A stretch of DNA of 64,000 bases from an uncultured Planctomycetales bacterium (GCA_964401335.1 CAYNYK010000006.1:11734-75733); one strand, 5' to 3'; shown: positions 37,772-46,801, counted from the first letter of the stretch. Made by a program: numbers and translations. The notes: a model not told the origin generated them from the sequence alone.

Positions 37772-38053
37772 TTAGGACACGAAATCAAGGAACCCAAGCA
37801 CGGCCACCGCTCCGCGATATCTCTTCATCCCTCCGTCAACTCTCGCCGGAGGCGAAACCCTTACACACAGACCGGTTGCTCGGCAAGCCCGCCTGGCCGT
37901 GTCATAAGTCATTTAATGAAAAACAGTAATAACAAGCAGCAGTTTCGCATATGTTCACCCGCTGGGGTATCTGCTCCAAAACCGAAACAGGGGTTGGTCA
38001 AAACCTTTGGGGAGACCTACGATGAAATAAACAGCGTGGCGGGGGCCAGGACT

Positions 38054-38950
38054 ATGACCCAAATCCAATACAAAAAGGCGGCGGTCAAACAGGACATGAA
38101 AATCTTCTATCGGGAGGCAGGGGCGGCGAATTCGCCCGTCTTGGTTTTGCTGCACGGCTTTCCCTCCTCGTCGCACATGTTCCGTAACCTTATCCCGCCA
38201 CTGGCGGACGAATTTCATCTGCTCGCCCCGGACTACCCTGGCTTTGGCAACAGCGACGCGCCGGCGGCCGACAAATTCACCTACAGCTTCGATCATCTGG
38301 CCGAGGTCATGCAACAGTTCCTCCAGCGGCTCGGTCTGGAGCGTTTCAGCCTCTACATGCACGGCTATGGCGTACCCATAGGCCTGCGGCTGGCCGTCCG
38401 AAATCCGGAATGGATCGACGCTCTCATTGTCCAGAATGGAAACGCCTATCGCGAGGGGTTTACCCCGGTGAACCAGCCCATCTTTGTTTACTGGAATCGG
38501 CGGATCGCGGAAACCGAAGCCCTGCTTCGCCGGTTGCTCACGCGCGAGGGCATCCGATGGCAGTATATCGCCGGGGCTCGTCATCCGCATAAAATCAGCC
38601 CGGATGCCTGGAACATGGACTACGCCGCTCTGAGTCGGCCGGGCAATGATCGCGTTCAGCTTGACCTGTTATATGATTATCAAACCAACGTCCGGCACTA
38701 TCCGCAGTGGCATGAGTATTTTCGGAGTCATCAGCCGCCGACGATGGTCCTGTGGGGTAAGAACGATCCGATTTTCAGTCTGAACGGCGCGCTGGCGTTC
38801 AAACGTGATCTGCCACGCGCCGAAATCCACCTGCTGGACAGCGGGCACTATGCGCTTGAGGAAGAACACGAGGCCGTCGCCGAATACGTGCGGCACTTTC
38901 TGCGTAAGACGGTTAAATGTATTCGGCCGACGTGCGTCGTCATCAAATAA
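38054..38950 (+). CDS. Alpha/beta hydrolase (epoxide hydrolase/haloalkane dehalogenase-like)
   Basis: VLVLLHGFPSSSHMFRNLIP..APDYPGFGNSD. Nucleophile-elbow region YMHGYG (atypical, not verified). ATG 38054 is chosen because the 168-codon upstream extension is not protein-like. Confidence 0.75.
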   Translation: MTQIQYKKAAVKQDMKIFYREAGAANSPVLVLLHGFPSSSHMFRNLIPPLADEFHLLAPDYPGFGNSDAPAADKFTYSFDHLAEVMQQFLQRLGLERFSLYMHGYGVPIGLRLAVRNPEWIDALIVQNGNAYREGFTPVNQPIFVYWNRRIAETEALLRRLLTREGIRWQYIAGARHPHKISPDAWNMDYAALSRPGNDRVQLDLLYDYQTNVRHYPQWHEYFRSHQPPTMVLWGKNDPIFSLNGALAFKRDLPRAEIHLLDSGHYALEEEHEAVAEYVRHFLRKTVKCIRPTCVVIK

Positions 38951-39011
38951 CGAGTTTGCGGGGAGCTTTTTTACTTACGAAAGGGACGGTTGAATCCGTC
39001 CACGGTGTCGG

Positions 39012-39050
39012 CCAGGCCCGTTGAAACGCTCAACCGGGCCTGGTTGTTTT
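39012..39050 (+). terminator. Intrinsic terminator after the hydrolase gene
   Basis: CCAGGCCCGTTGA aacgc TCAACCGGGCCTGG (one bulge) followed by TTGTTTTT. Confidence 0.7.
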
Positions 39051-39051
39051 T

Positions 39052-39262
39052 CGCTCCGTCGAGATTCCGCTCCGTCGAGATTTCACCCTGTCGAGATTTT
39101 TATCTCGACATTGGATTGCTCTGTCGAGATTCCTATCTCGACAGCCCTTGCACTGCTCTGTCGAGATTCCTATCTCGACAGCTCTTGTATCGGGATTCCT
39201 ATCCCGCGTTACAAGGGAAAGGATTCCCTCGCATTAGGTGCGAGAAAGGATTCTCGCACCAG
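39052..39262 (+). repeat. Array of ~8 GATTCC-centred direct repeats/hairpins
   Basis: GCTCCGTCGAGATTCC x2 half units; TGTCGAGATTTTTATCTCGACA; TGTCGAGATTCCTATCTCGACA x2; CGGGATTCCTATCCCG; AGGGAAAGGATTCCCT; GTGCGAGAAAGGATTCTCGCAC. Confidence 0.8.
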
Positions 39263-39293
39263 CGTATCCTCGCACCAGCATGATGGATAATTC

Positions 39294-40400
39294 TTAAGCA
39301 ACGGCGATCACATGCAAGTATTCGCGCGGGGCCGGTCGTCCGGTCCAGAGCTCAAGGACGGAGGCCAGATACTCAACCAGGGCGGCCTTGTCAGACGGCG
39401 GCTGATCGACGGCAATCGATTCGCCCGATTGCGGAGCAAGGCAATAACCGCGGAGCTTATTCGCGTCAGCAATCACAGCATCCACGAGGCCGTTCTGTCG
39501 GGCATGGGGCTCTACCTCATCCAGCGAATCAATGATCGTGGCGCGATACGGCGGAAGAACCACGTAACCGGCAACCGGCACTTCTCGATAAACGCTTAAC
39601 ACTTCGGCGGGGTCCTTCGTCCGGATCGGCAAGGCCACGGCGTCGACGGCCAGATGACGAAAGGCGCCATTAAGCAGGGTGGCGTATACCGGATTCGGAG
39701 TCGGGTGACCCAGGATACCGTAACAGCGCGTACTCGGTCGGATCTCGCGAAAACGAAACACCTCGACCAACTCGTTGACCGGTACCTGCCCCGGTGCTGA
39801 TTCGCGTCCGGTATCCAGCGAAGCATATACGAGAAAAGCCTTTTCTTTCGGGCCGAGGATGCGCAGAAGGTTTCCGTGCTCGCCCATGGTGAGTGCGATG
39901 GTCGGCTTGCGGGCGGCCCGGAGCACGCGGAGCATGGTTACGTTATCCGCTGGCGTGTTGGCCATCGTCGCGACTTTGACGATGTCGGCGTCGGTGGCCT
40001 CGATCCGCCGGGCGATCTCGGCGATGTCCGCCGGAGTCTCCTTGAAATCATGGTGGGAGACGATGAGACGAGCCCGGCCCGGATGGCTGAAACGTTCGCG
40101 GGCATCCCATTCGATATCGATATAGTCGGCCCCGAGCCGATCGGCTTCGGCCAGCAGTTCCAGGCGACGTTCTTCCGTGCCTGCCCAGTGCCCGCCCTCA
40201 CGCGTCGGCCGGTTGGTAACGATCACCGGACAGGGTTTATCCCGCAGCAACCGGGCGACATCCGGTCGTTCCATATAATCCAGACGCAGTTCGGCAATAT
40301 CAAAGACGCGCCCAGGCGCATGCAACAAAGCCAGGGTTTGCTCGACACGCGGAGCGGTGAATGGGACACACAGGAGGGTAGGGGGATGGTCTGCGGTCAT
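39294..40400 (-). CDS. aroD: Type I 3-dehydroquinate dehydratase fused to a truncated, degenerate shikimate dehydrogenase N-terminal domain
   Basis: AroD motifs AELRLDYM, IVSHHDF and DIVKVATMA (Schiff-base Lys). The C-terminal ~140 aa starts YGILGHPTPNPVYATLLNGAF (SDH_N-like). No GxGGxxxA Rossmann motif is present. Confidence 0.75.
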   Translation of the reverse strand: MTADHPPTLLCVPFTAPRVEQTLALLHAPGRVFDIAELRLDYMERPDVARLLRDKPCPVIVTNRPTREGGHWAGTEERRLELLAEADRLGADYIDIEWDARERFSHPGRARLIVSHHDFKETPADIAEIARRIEATDADIVKVATMANTPADNVTMLRVLRAARKPTIALTMGEHGNLLRILGPKEKAFLVYASLDTGRESAPGQVPVNELVEVFRFREIRPSTRCYGILGHPTPNPVYATLLNGAFRHLAVDAVALPIRTKDPAEVLSVYREVPVAGYVVLPPYRATIIDSLDEVEPHARQNGLVDAVIADANKLRGYCLAPQSGESIAVDQPPSDKAALVEYLASVLELWTGRPAPREYLHVIAVA

Positions 40401-40927
40401 GGTTTCATCCCGGCCATAAGAGAATAAGACAATAGGCTGCGAGGGCCGCCTCGAAAGCCCCCTGCGTATCGTACCCGCTCACTTACGCAACCGGCTGGTT
40501 TGGTTAAGAACGTTATATCCGTGAGCCAAGCGACCAATCATGCCCATTATGGGGTTGCGGGGCAACCGCCGCAACGGTTTACCGCCTGGACCGGACAGGG
40601 TGGTACCCACTGATCGACCCGGAACGGCCCTTGGCGGATGTGGGTTTATGGGACGAGTGGGGAGTGGCTGTTGTTCCTGGCGGAAGCGGCTATAAGTTGC
40701 GGTGTAGACGGAAAATAGCTTCCCACGAACCGAGCCGTACGTTGAGAAGGTCCACTCCATACCAGAACCGGAAAAGTATGAATGGAACCCGGACCACCGG
40801 AATCCGCCCGTGCCGCCCCGCGAATGAAAGGACATTCCCAATACTCATTCCCCGGGACGCCGTCCGGCGAACCGGGAAGGTGGCCACCAGACTGACTTGA
40901 AAGGGGTCCGCGACGGTAAAAAATGGC

Positions 40928-40955
40928 TTGACGAGCCGATAATCAATGCTATAGT
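40928..40955 (+). promoter_or_regulatory. Candidate sigma70-type promoter for thrS
   Basis: TTGACG, 16-nt spacer, TATAGT. Would give a ~200-nt leader ending in a T8 tract at 41139-41146. Confidence 0.35.
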
Positions 40956-41160
40956 TTTAGGTAAGTAAAGTGTTCGCCAGCGGTTGACGAACCGTATTTT
41001 ATAGGCTCGCGCCAACGAGGGCCTGAAAGACACGTTTTAGACGGCATGAGATCCACGACGCGTACAACGGCTTCATGAGATGCTTCGCTCTCCATATCGG
41101 CGGAGTACGAAGCGCCAGCGCGGATGGATCCCACGCCGTTTTTTTTGAATGCAGGTGTCG

Positions 41161-43101
41161 ATGCCCCGAGTAACTCTTCCTGACGGTTCAACTCTTGAAG
41201 TGGGGGACGGCGCCACCGTCGCCGACGTGGCCGCCATGATTGGCCCGCGTCTCGCGAAGTCGGCTATCGGCGGAAAAATCAACGGCGAAATCGTCGATCT
41301 CGGCAGCCCGCTGACCCACGACTGTCAGCTCAAAATTCTTACGGCCAACGCGGAAGACGAGGACAGTCTCTACCTGATCCGCCATAGCTGTGCCCATGTG
41401 ATGGCCGAGGCTATCTCCACCTTGTTCCCCGAAACCAAATTGGTCTACGGCCCGCCGGTGGAGAACGGCTTTTATTATGATATCGATCTGGATCGCCCGC
41501 TGAGCACGGAGGATTTCGCGGCCATCGAGGCCAAGATGGCCGAAATCGTCAAGGCCGATCGGCCTTTTGTCCGGTACGAAATGGACCGCGACGAGGGCAT
41601 GAAGAAACTGCGGGCCGAGGGCAATCGCTATAAAATCGACAACGCCGAGCGGGCCGAGGGTAAACTCAGTTTCTACGTTACCGGCGAACGGTCGGACAAC
41701 GCCTTCGAGGATCTCTGTCGCGGTCCGCACGTACCCAGCACCGGCCGCATCGGCGCCTTCAAGGTCATGCAGGTCAGCGGCGCCTATTACCGCGGCGACC
41801 AAAAGGAAAAACAACTCCAGCGCATTTACGGCACCGCCTGGCCGACGAAAAAAGATCTCGACGCCTACCTCTTCCGCCTCGAGGAGGCCAAAAAACGCGA
41901 TCATCGCGTGCTCGGCAAGCAACTCGGAATTTTCAGTATCCACGAGGAGATCGGTCCGGGGCTGATCCACTGGCATCCCCGCGGCGGCATGATCCGCCAT
42001 CTCGTGGAAAACTTCTGGAAAGACGAGCATCTGAAGAGGGGCTACGACATCGTATTCACTCCGCATATCGCCAGCGAGCGGATTTACCGGCGCAGCGGGC
42101 ACCTCGAAAAATACGGCGACATGATGTACTCGCCGATGGATATCGACGGGTTGAACTATTACCTCAAACCGATGAACTGCCCCGGGCACTACATGATCTA
42201 CCTGAGCGATATCCGCAGCTACCGCGATTTGCCCATCCGCATGTGCGAGCTGGGCACGGTCTATCGCTATGAGCCGTCCGGCACGTTGCACGGGATGTTG
42301 CGCGTCCGCGGGTTCACCCAGGACGATGCCCATACCTTCTGCACGCCGGAACAGTTGGGCCGGGAGCTGGACATGCTCCTGGAACTGATGGACTTGATGA
42401 TGCGGACCTTCGGGTATCAATACAAGGCTTATCTGGCCACCCGGCCGGAAAAGTATCTGGGTTCCCTGCAGGAATGGGATCGGGCAACCAACGAATTACG
42501 GCTCGCCATGGAGCGTCGCAAGCTGGCTTATGAAGTCGACGAAGGCGGCGGTGTGTTCTATGCCCCCAAGATCGACATCAAGCTGATCGATTCCATGGGC
42601 CGCGAGTGGCAGGGACCAACCATCCAGGTCGACCTCCAGGCCGCCAAGCGATTCGACATTACCTACGTCGGGGCGGACAACACGCCTCATGAAACCATTA
42701 TTATCCACCGCACCGTGCTTGGGAGCATGGAGCGGTTCATCGGCGGGCTGATCGAGCATTATGGCGGGGCCTTCCCGATGTGGCTGGCCCCCGTGCAGAT
42801 CATGCTGGCCTCGGTCAGCGAGAAAAGCGCCGCCTATGCCCGGCAGGTGCTGGCCCGCCTGAAGGCGGCCGGCTTACGGACCCGCTTGGATGTTTCGCCC
42901 GAAAAGATCGGCCCCAAGAAACACGCCGCCCGCCAGGAAAAGATTCCGTACATCCTGGTCGTCGGCGAGAAAGAGGCGGCCGAAGGTACGGTCAACGTGA
43001 ATGACCGCACGGGAAAGAGTCTCGGCAACCAGGCGGTGGATACATTCATCACCCACTGCCAGAAACTGGTGGCCGAGCGGGCCCTCGAACCGGGGGTTTG
43101 A
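41161..43101 (+). CDS. thrS: Threonine--tRNA ligase
   Basis: MPRVTLPDGS start, TGS domain, class II motifs (HRTVLGSMERF) and anticodon-binding C-terminus. aggtg SD. Confidence 0.95.
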   Translation: MPRVTLPDGSTLEVGDGATVADVAAMIGPRLAKSAIGGKINGEIVDLGSPLTHDCQLKILTANAEDEDSLYLIRHSCAHVMAEAISTLFPETKLVYGPPVENGFYYDIDLDRPLSTEDFAAIEAKMAEIVKADRPFVRYEMDRDEGMKKLRAEGNRYKIDNAERAEGKLSFYVTGERSDNAFEDLCRGPHVPSTGRIGAFKVMQVSGAYYRGDQKEKQLQRIYGTAWPTKKDLDAYLFRLEEAKKRDHRVLGKQLGIFSIHEEIGPGLIHWHPRGGMIRHLVENFWKDEHLKRGYDIVFTPHIASERIYRRSGHLEKYGDMMYSPMDIDGLNYYLKPMNCPGHYMIYLSDIRSYRDLPIRMCELGTVYRYEPSGTLHGMLRVRGFTQDDAHTFCTPEQLGRELDMLLELMDLMMRTFGYQYKAYLATRPEKYLGSLQEWDRATNELRLAMERRKLAYEVDEGGGVFYAPKIDIKLIDSMGREWQGPTIQVDLQAAKRFDITYVGADNTPHETIIIHRTVLGSMERFIGGLIEHYGGAFPMWLAPVQIMLASVSEKSAAYARQVLARLKAAGLRTRLDVSPEKIGPKKHAARQEKIPYILVVGEKEAAEGTVNVNDRTGKSLGNQAVDTFITHCQKLVAERALEPGV

Positions 43102-43220
43102 TTGCAGTGAAGGCGGATTCGGCCGCGTGGCCGGACCGATTTTCATAACGATGGCCGGGGTGTGACCGGCCGCGCGGGTGGTTTGACAACCGCTGCGTTT
43201 GAGAAAGGTAACTTATCGAT

Positions 43221-43739
43221 TTGAGAGAGGGTTCAGCCATCGCCCAGGGACATCGGTACAATGAACAGATTCGGATTTCGCCGGTCCGGGTAGTCGACCA
43301 TCACAACAACCAACTGGGTATCATGCCCACCGACCAGGCGATTCGCCTGGCCCAGGAGGCCCAGCTCGACCTGGTGGAAGTTGCTCCGACGGAACGACCG
43401 CCCGTCTGCCGAATCATGGACTACGGCAAGTTCAAGTACTCGCAGAAAAAAAAGAAACAAAAGCACCATGAGCAAAAGCTCAAGGAAGTGCGCCTCCACC
43501 CGAAGACCAGCGAGCACGACCAGCAGATCAAGGTCAAACAGGCCGCCACCTTCCTCGAAAAAGGGGACAAGGTGCAGTTCACCATGATCTTTCGCGGTCG
43601 TGAGCGGTTCCATCAGGAGGTCGGAACCCAGGTTTTCAACGACATTGTCGCCCAGATCGCGGACAAGGCCAAGCTGGAGCGCCCGCCGCGCAGCGAGGGG
43701 TGGCGGATGACCATGGTGCTGGCCCCCCTCAAGCATTAA
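43221..43739 (+). CDS. infC: Translation initiation factor IF-3
   Basis: INEQIRISPVRVVD...LDLVEVAP..PPVCRIMDYGKFKY...MVLAP. No in-frame ATG lies before the conserved N-terminus. Start candidates are TTG 43221 or ATC 43239. Confidence 0.9.
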   Translation: MREGSAIAQGHRYNEQIRISPVRVVDHHNNQLGIMPTDQAIRLAQEAQLDLVEVAPTERPPVCRIMDYGKFKYSQKKKKQKHHEQKLKEVRLHPKTSEHDQQIKVKQAATFLEKGDKVQFTMIFRGRERFHQEVGTQVFNDIVAQIADKAKLERPPRSEGWRMTMVLAPLKH

Positions 43740-43829
43740 GGCGCGCCGGCCGCCGTGATGCTGTTTGGTTGATGTGTCGGTTTCGCGGAGGGGGATTTTC
43801 GTTTTTACACCGCCCTGCAAAATACGAGT

Positions 43830-43858
43830 GCGCGGTTTGACTCTGAGACAAACCGCGC
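43830..43858 (+). terminator. Putative terminator after infC
   Basis: GCGCGGTTTG actctgaga CAAACCGCGC, followed by a moderately T-rich tail (GGTTCCTTTG). Confidence 0.4.
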
Positions 43859-43898
43859 GGTTCCTTTGCATGACCTCAAAAGCCAGGATTCAACAAAC

Positions 43899-45161
43899 AT
43901 GACGGACTTGATCGCACCTCATGGCGGCCTGAGCAGGCCGGTCAATCGCACCGTGCCGCGGGAGCGGCTGGCGGAGTTCAAAAAAGAAGCCGAGTCGCTG
44001 ACGGCCTTGCCGGTCAGTGACGCGGACCTATCCAGCGTCTACCGGATCGGTGACGGTGGGCTAAGCCCGCTGACCGGTCCGATGGTTAAAGAGGTTTATG
44101 ATCGCGTCTTACGCGACGTTAACTTGATCCATGACGGAAAGCCTTACGCCTGGTCGATCCCCATTTCGCTGCCGGTGGACAAGGATCTGGCCGGCTCGCT
44201 CAAGGTAGGGCAAAAAGTCCGCCTGACCAGCAACGGCGGTGAAACCGTGGGTATTCTCCGGATCGAGGATATTTTCCCTTACGATAAAATGGCCTACATC
44301 AAAAGTGTCTACCAGACCAAACGCACCGATCATCCCGGCGGCCGCATGGTCCTCGGCGACCCTCGGGAGATGCTGGTCGGCGGTGAAATCGAAGTTCTGC
44401 CCCAGCCCCGCCATCCTGAATATGGCAAATATGTCCTCCGGCCTGAGGAAACCCGCGCCCTCTTCGCCGCCAAAGGCTGGCAGCGTGTGGTCGCCTTCCA
44501 GACCCGCAACCCGTTGCACCGGGCTCACGAATATGCCCTGGTCTACGGACTCGAAGTGTTGACGCGGGCCGGGTTCAAGGCCGGCGCGGTGCTCAACCCG
44601 CTCGTCGGGGAAACCAAATCCGACGATGTCGACGCCGTAACCCGTATGCGCACCTATGAGGCCCTGATCAATAACCGATTACTCGGCCAGGGCGACAAGG
44701 ACGAAGCCCTCTGGAAGGAAAAAGGCTACGACCTCAGCGACGCGGTCATTCTTCTTGGCCTGGATATCAAGATGTTCTACGCCGGCCCGAAAGAGGCCAT
44801 CATGCACGGCATCTATCGCCAGAACTTCGGCTTTACCGACATCATCATCGGGCGCAAGCACGCCGACGCGCCGTACGACGACGGCAAGGACATCTGGGAT
44901 CCGCTGGCCGCCCAGCACATTTTCGATCAGCTCAACGGCCAGTTGCTGATCCGGCCGCTTAAGGTCGGCTTCGCCGCCTATTACGAGGAGCTTGGCCGCG
45001 TCGGTCTGGTGGATGAATGCGCTCCCAAGGGGTGGAAGCCGATTCCTATCAGCGGGCGCGACGTGCGCGATGCCCTGGCCGCCGGCCGCCTCCCCGACGA
45101 ACGCGTCATGCGCGCCTCCACCGCCCGCATCCTCATCGAGGCCATGAAGGCGAAAAAGTAA
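43899..45161 (+). CDS. sat: Sulfate adenylyltransferase (ATP sulfurylase)
   Basis: LIAPHGG start, [14 protein letters not shown] and IIGRKHAD motifs. Confidence 0.9.
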   Translation: MTDLIAPHGGLSRPVNRTVPRERLAEFKKEAESLTALPVSDADLSSVYRIGDGGLSPLTGPMVKEVYDRVLRDVNLIHDGKPYAWSIPISLPVDKDLAGSLKVGQKVRLTSNGGETVGILRIEDIFPYDKMAYIKSVYQTKRTDHPGGRMVLGDPREMLVGGEIEVLPQPRHPEYGKYVLRPEETRALFAAKGWQRVVAFQTRNPLHRAHEYALVYGLEVLTRAGFKAGAVLNPLVGETKSDDVDAVTRMRTYEALINNRLLGQGDKDEALWKEKGYDLSDAVILLGLDIKMFYAGPKEAIMHGIYRQNFGFTDIIIGRKHADAPYDDGKDIWDPLAAQHIFDQLNGQLLIRPLKVGFAAYYEELGRVGLVDECAPKGWKPIPISGRDVRDALAAGRLPDERVMRASTARILIEAMKAKK

Positions 45162-45604
45162 GCCCCTTTCCTCAACCGGTTTTTTCAAACGGATGGACAA
45201 CCTTCCTTGAGGTCTGGATTAAGTTGACACGAGATCGAGTTATTGTCGTACCCTGACCTTGCCCTCGAGCCAGGAAAAAGCCATTGAAGATTTACTGGCC
45301 GCTGGGTCGGTGGTAGCTATTCCCGCGGACATCAAGATCGAGTCGATCCAGCTACGGTGTCGACATTGATCAACGAACGTTGCCGTTGGGAGTGGGGGTG
45401 GAGGTGGGGTTGATCGTGTTGGCGGTGTCCGATTCCCATGGTAACGGCCGCGCCGCAATCTTGAGTTGGGGATAAAACGATAGGGACGAAAAGGCAAGCA
45501 GTATTCAGGGATCAGTGTTCCACCACCCTCCGGCATAATCAGGTTTTGTTGGTATCCGCCGTGGCAAGTGCGTCAACTCCGTCGGACTGGCAGATGTCTC
45601 CTTG

Positions 45605-45636
45605 CTAACTCGCTCACTCGCTAACTTGCTCACTCG
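45605..45636. repeat. 16-bp tandem duplication
   Basis: CTAACTCGCTCACTCG CTAACTTGCTCACTCG (one mismatch). Confidence 0.6.
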
Positions 45637-45796
45637 CTGGCCCACCCGGTACACAGTGTAACAAACTCAATCAGCGTCACCGGCTTTTTTCAAATGCTTC
45701 TCTCTCTTCGTGCGCGCCACGGTGGGTCTCGTTCGCCAGGGCGAACCCTGCAAAGCCCGGCCTGGGTGGGTCCTGCCGAGGCGGATACTCGGCGCA

Positions 45797-45817
45797 CTCC
45801 ATGGTGAATTATCCGGG
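45797..45817. repeat. Palindromic element family 2, solo arm
   Basis: CTCCATGGTGAATTATCCGGG is close to the reverse complement of the left arm of copy A. It abuts the recO stop codon. Confidence 0.6.
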
Positions 45818-45829
45818 CTGCGGATCCGA

Positions 45830-46552
45830 TCATCCCGTGATAAATTTGCCCATGATGGTTGGGTGGCCGATGGTCTGGGCGATGGTGTAGTCGAGCAAAG
45901 TGAAGGCTTCGTGGGCGGTTTGGGCGGGGTATCGGTTTTCGCGCAGGGCGGTCAGGACGGCAGCGGGTACGAGGCGATTTTCGGGGACGCGGGGCAGGCA
46001 ATGGCGGCAGACCAGTCCGCCCTGATGGGCGGAGAAATAACCGGCCCGCTGCTCGGGGGCGGGGCGGTTGCAGATCACGCAGCGGGTCAGGTCAGGCCAT
46101 AATCCCGTCTCGCGTAAAAGGGTTTGCTGATAGCCGATCAAGAGCGGTTCGGGAGTATCAGTGTGCTGCAGAGCATCGAGCATGTCGACCAAGGCATCGA
46201 ATAACGGCGGGTGCGGGTCGCCGTCCTCGGTCATGGCCGCGGTGATCTCCGCGGCGTACTGGCCGGCGTAGAGCCGCGGCAAATCACCGCGTAAGCCGAG
46301 GTATGCCTCGGATTGCCGCCATTCGGTGAGCGTGCCCAACCCTTGGGCCTTGCGCATGCAGGGCAGGAACACCAGCCCGCCGCGCTCGAGCAGGTCGATC
46401 CCGACGGCGAATTTCTTCTTCGTGCCGCGTTTGATCCCCTTGGCGATGAGACGCTGACGGCCGTGGGCGCGGGCGAAAAACACCAGCACCTGCGAGGTCT
46501 CGGAATATTCCAGCCGCCGCAATACGATGGCCTCATCCTTGATCGGGGCCAT
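45830..46552 (-). CDS. recO: DNA repair protein RecO
   Basis: DEAIVLRRLEYSETSQVLVFFARAHGRQRLIAKGIKR (OB-fold N-terminus) and C-terminal zinc motif CVICNRP...CRHC. Confidence 0.85.
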   Translation of the reverse strand: MAPIKDEAIVLRRLEYSETSQVLVFFARAHGRQRLIAKGIKRGTKKKFAVGIDLLERGGLVFLPCMRKAQGLGTLTEWRQSEAYLGLRGDLPRLYAGQYAAEITAAMTEDGDPHPPLFDALVDMLDALQHTDTPEPLLIGYQQTLLRETGLWPDLTRCVICNRPAPEQRAGYFSAHQGGLVCRHCLPRVPENRLVPAAVLTALRENRYPAQTAHEAFTLLDYTIAQTIGHPTIMGKFITG

Positions 46553-46801
46553 GAACACATGCCTCCTTGTATCCTCCACGTCCGAAGACGCGGGCCACCC
46601 ACTTCGTCATCGCTCCCAACGTCCGAAGACGTGCGCCATCCCTCAAGTAGCCATTTACATTCGCATTGGATTTCGATACTATTGTAGCAAAATGGGGCGT
46701 AAATGGGGACCAGCCTCAAAGATGCGCAGGAAGTCTTTTCCCAAGCTTCTATTTCGCTTGGGATGAACCCGTAGACCGCATAATCAGAAATCAGGTGGGG
46801 T

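Noticed and set aside
39052-39262. Possible CRISPR array.
   Set aside because: The repeat units differ in sequence and length and the spacing is irregular (16-37 nt). There are no unique spacers of constant size and no cas genes in the window.
38990-39290. Two overlapping plus-strand ORFs (38990-39283 and 39021-39290).
   Set aside because: They are translations of the hairpin or direct-repeat array and the terminator. The repeated peptide words (SRFLSR, VEIPIS) are a by-product of the DNA repeats.
40597-40608. T-box-like motif AGGGTGGTACCC upstream of thrS.
   Set aside because: It matches only the first part of the T-box consensus (..GGGTGGTACCGCG). It lies ~550 nt from the thrS start and upstream of the candidate promoter. 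No specifier-loop or antiterminator context was recognisable. It needs cmsearch to settle.
40744-40775. RNase P RNA-like words (GAGAAGGTCCACTCCATA, CCAGAACCGG).
   Set aside because: They are superficially similar to CR-I and CR-V of bacterial RNase P, but the two words are adjacent rather than ~250 nt apart. The GGAAAGTCC core and the other conserved regions are absent.
40479-40900. ORFs 40479-40841(-) and 40631-40900(+) in the thrS upstream region.
   Set aside because: They overlap each other on opposite strands. They have no RBS or motifs, and their composition is atypical (Gly/Arg/Ser/Thr-rich). They are treated as non-coding.
41098-41146. Intrinsic terminator or attenuator immediately before the thrS start.
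   Set aside because: A T8 tract is present, but I could only fold a weak, interrupted stem (CGGCG...CGCCG enclosing a ~27-nt loop). It is kept only as part of the leader finding and is not called as a terminator.
45240-45536. ORF 45240-45536(-), 98 aa.
   Set aside because: The translation is Pro/Arg/Thr-rich with a PPPPP run, and no start context or homology was recognised. It lies in a repeat-containing spacer.
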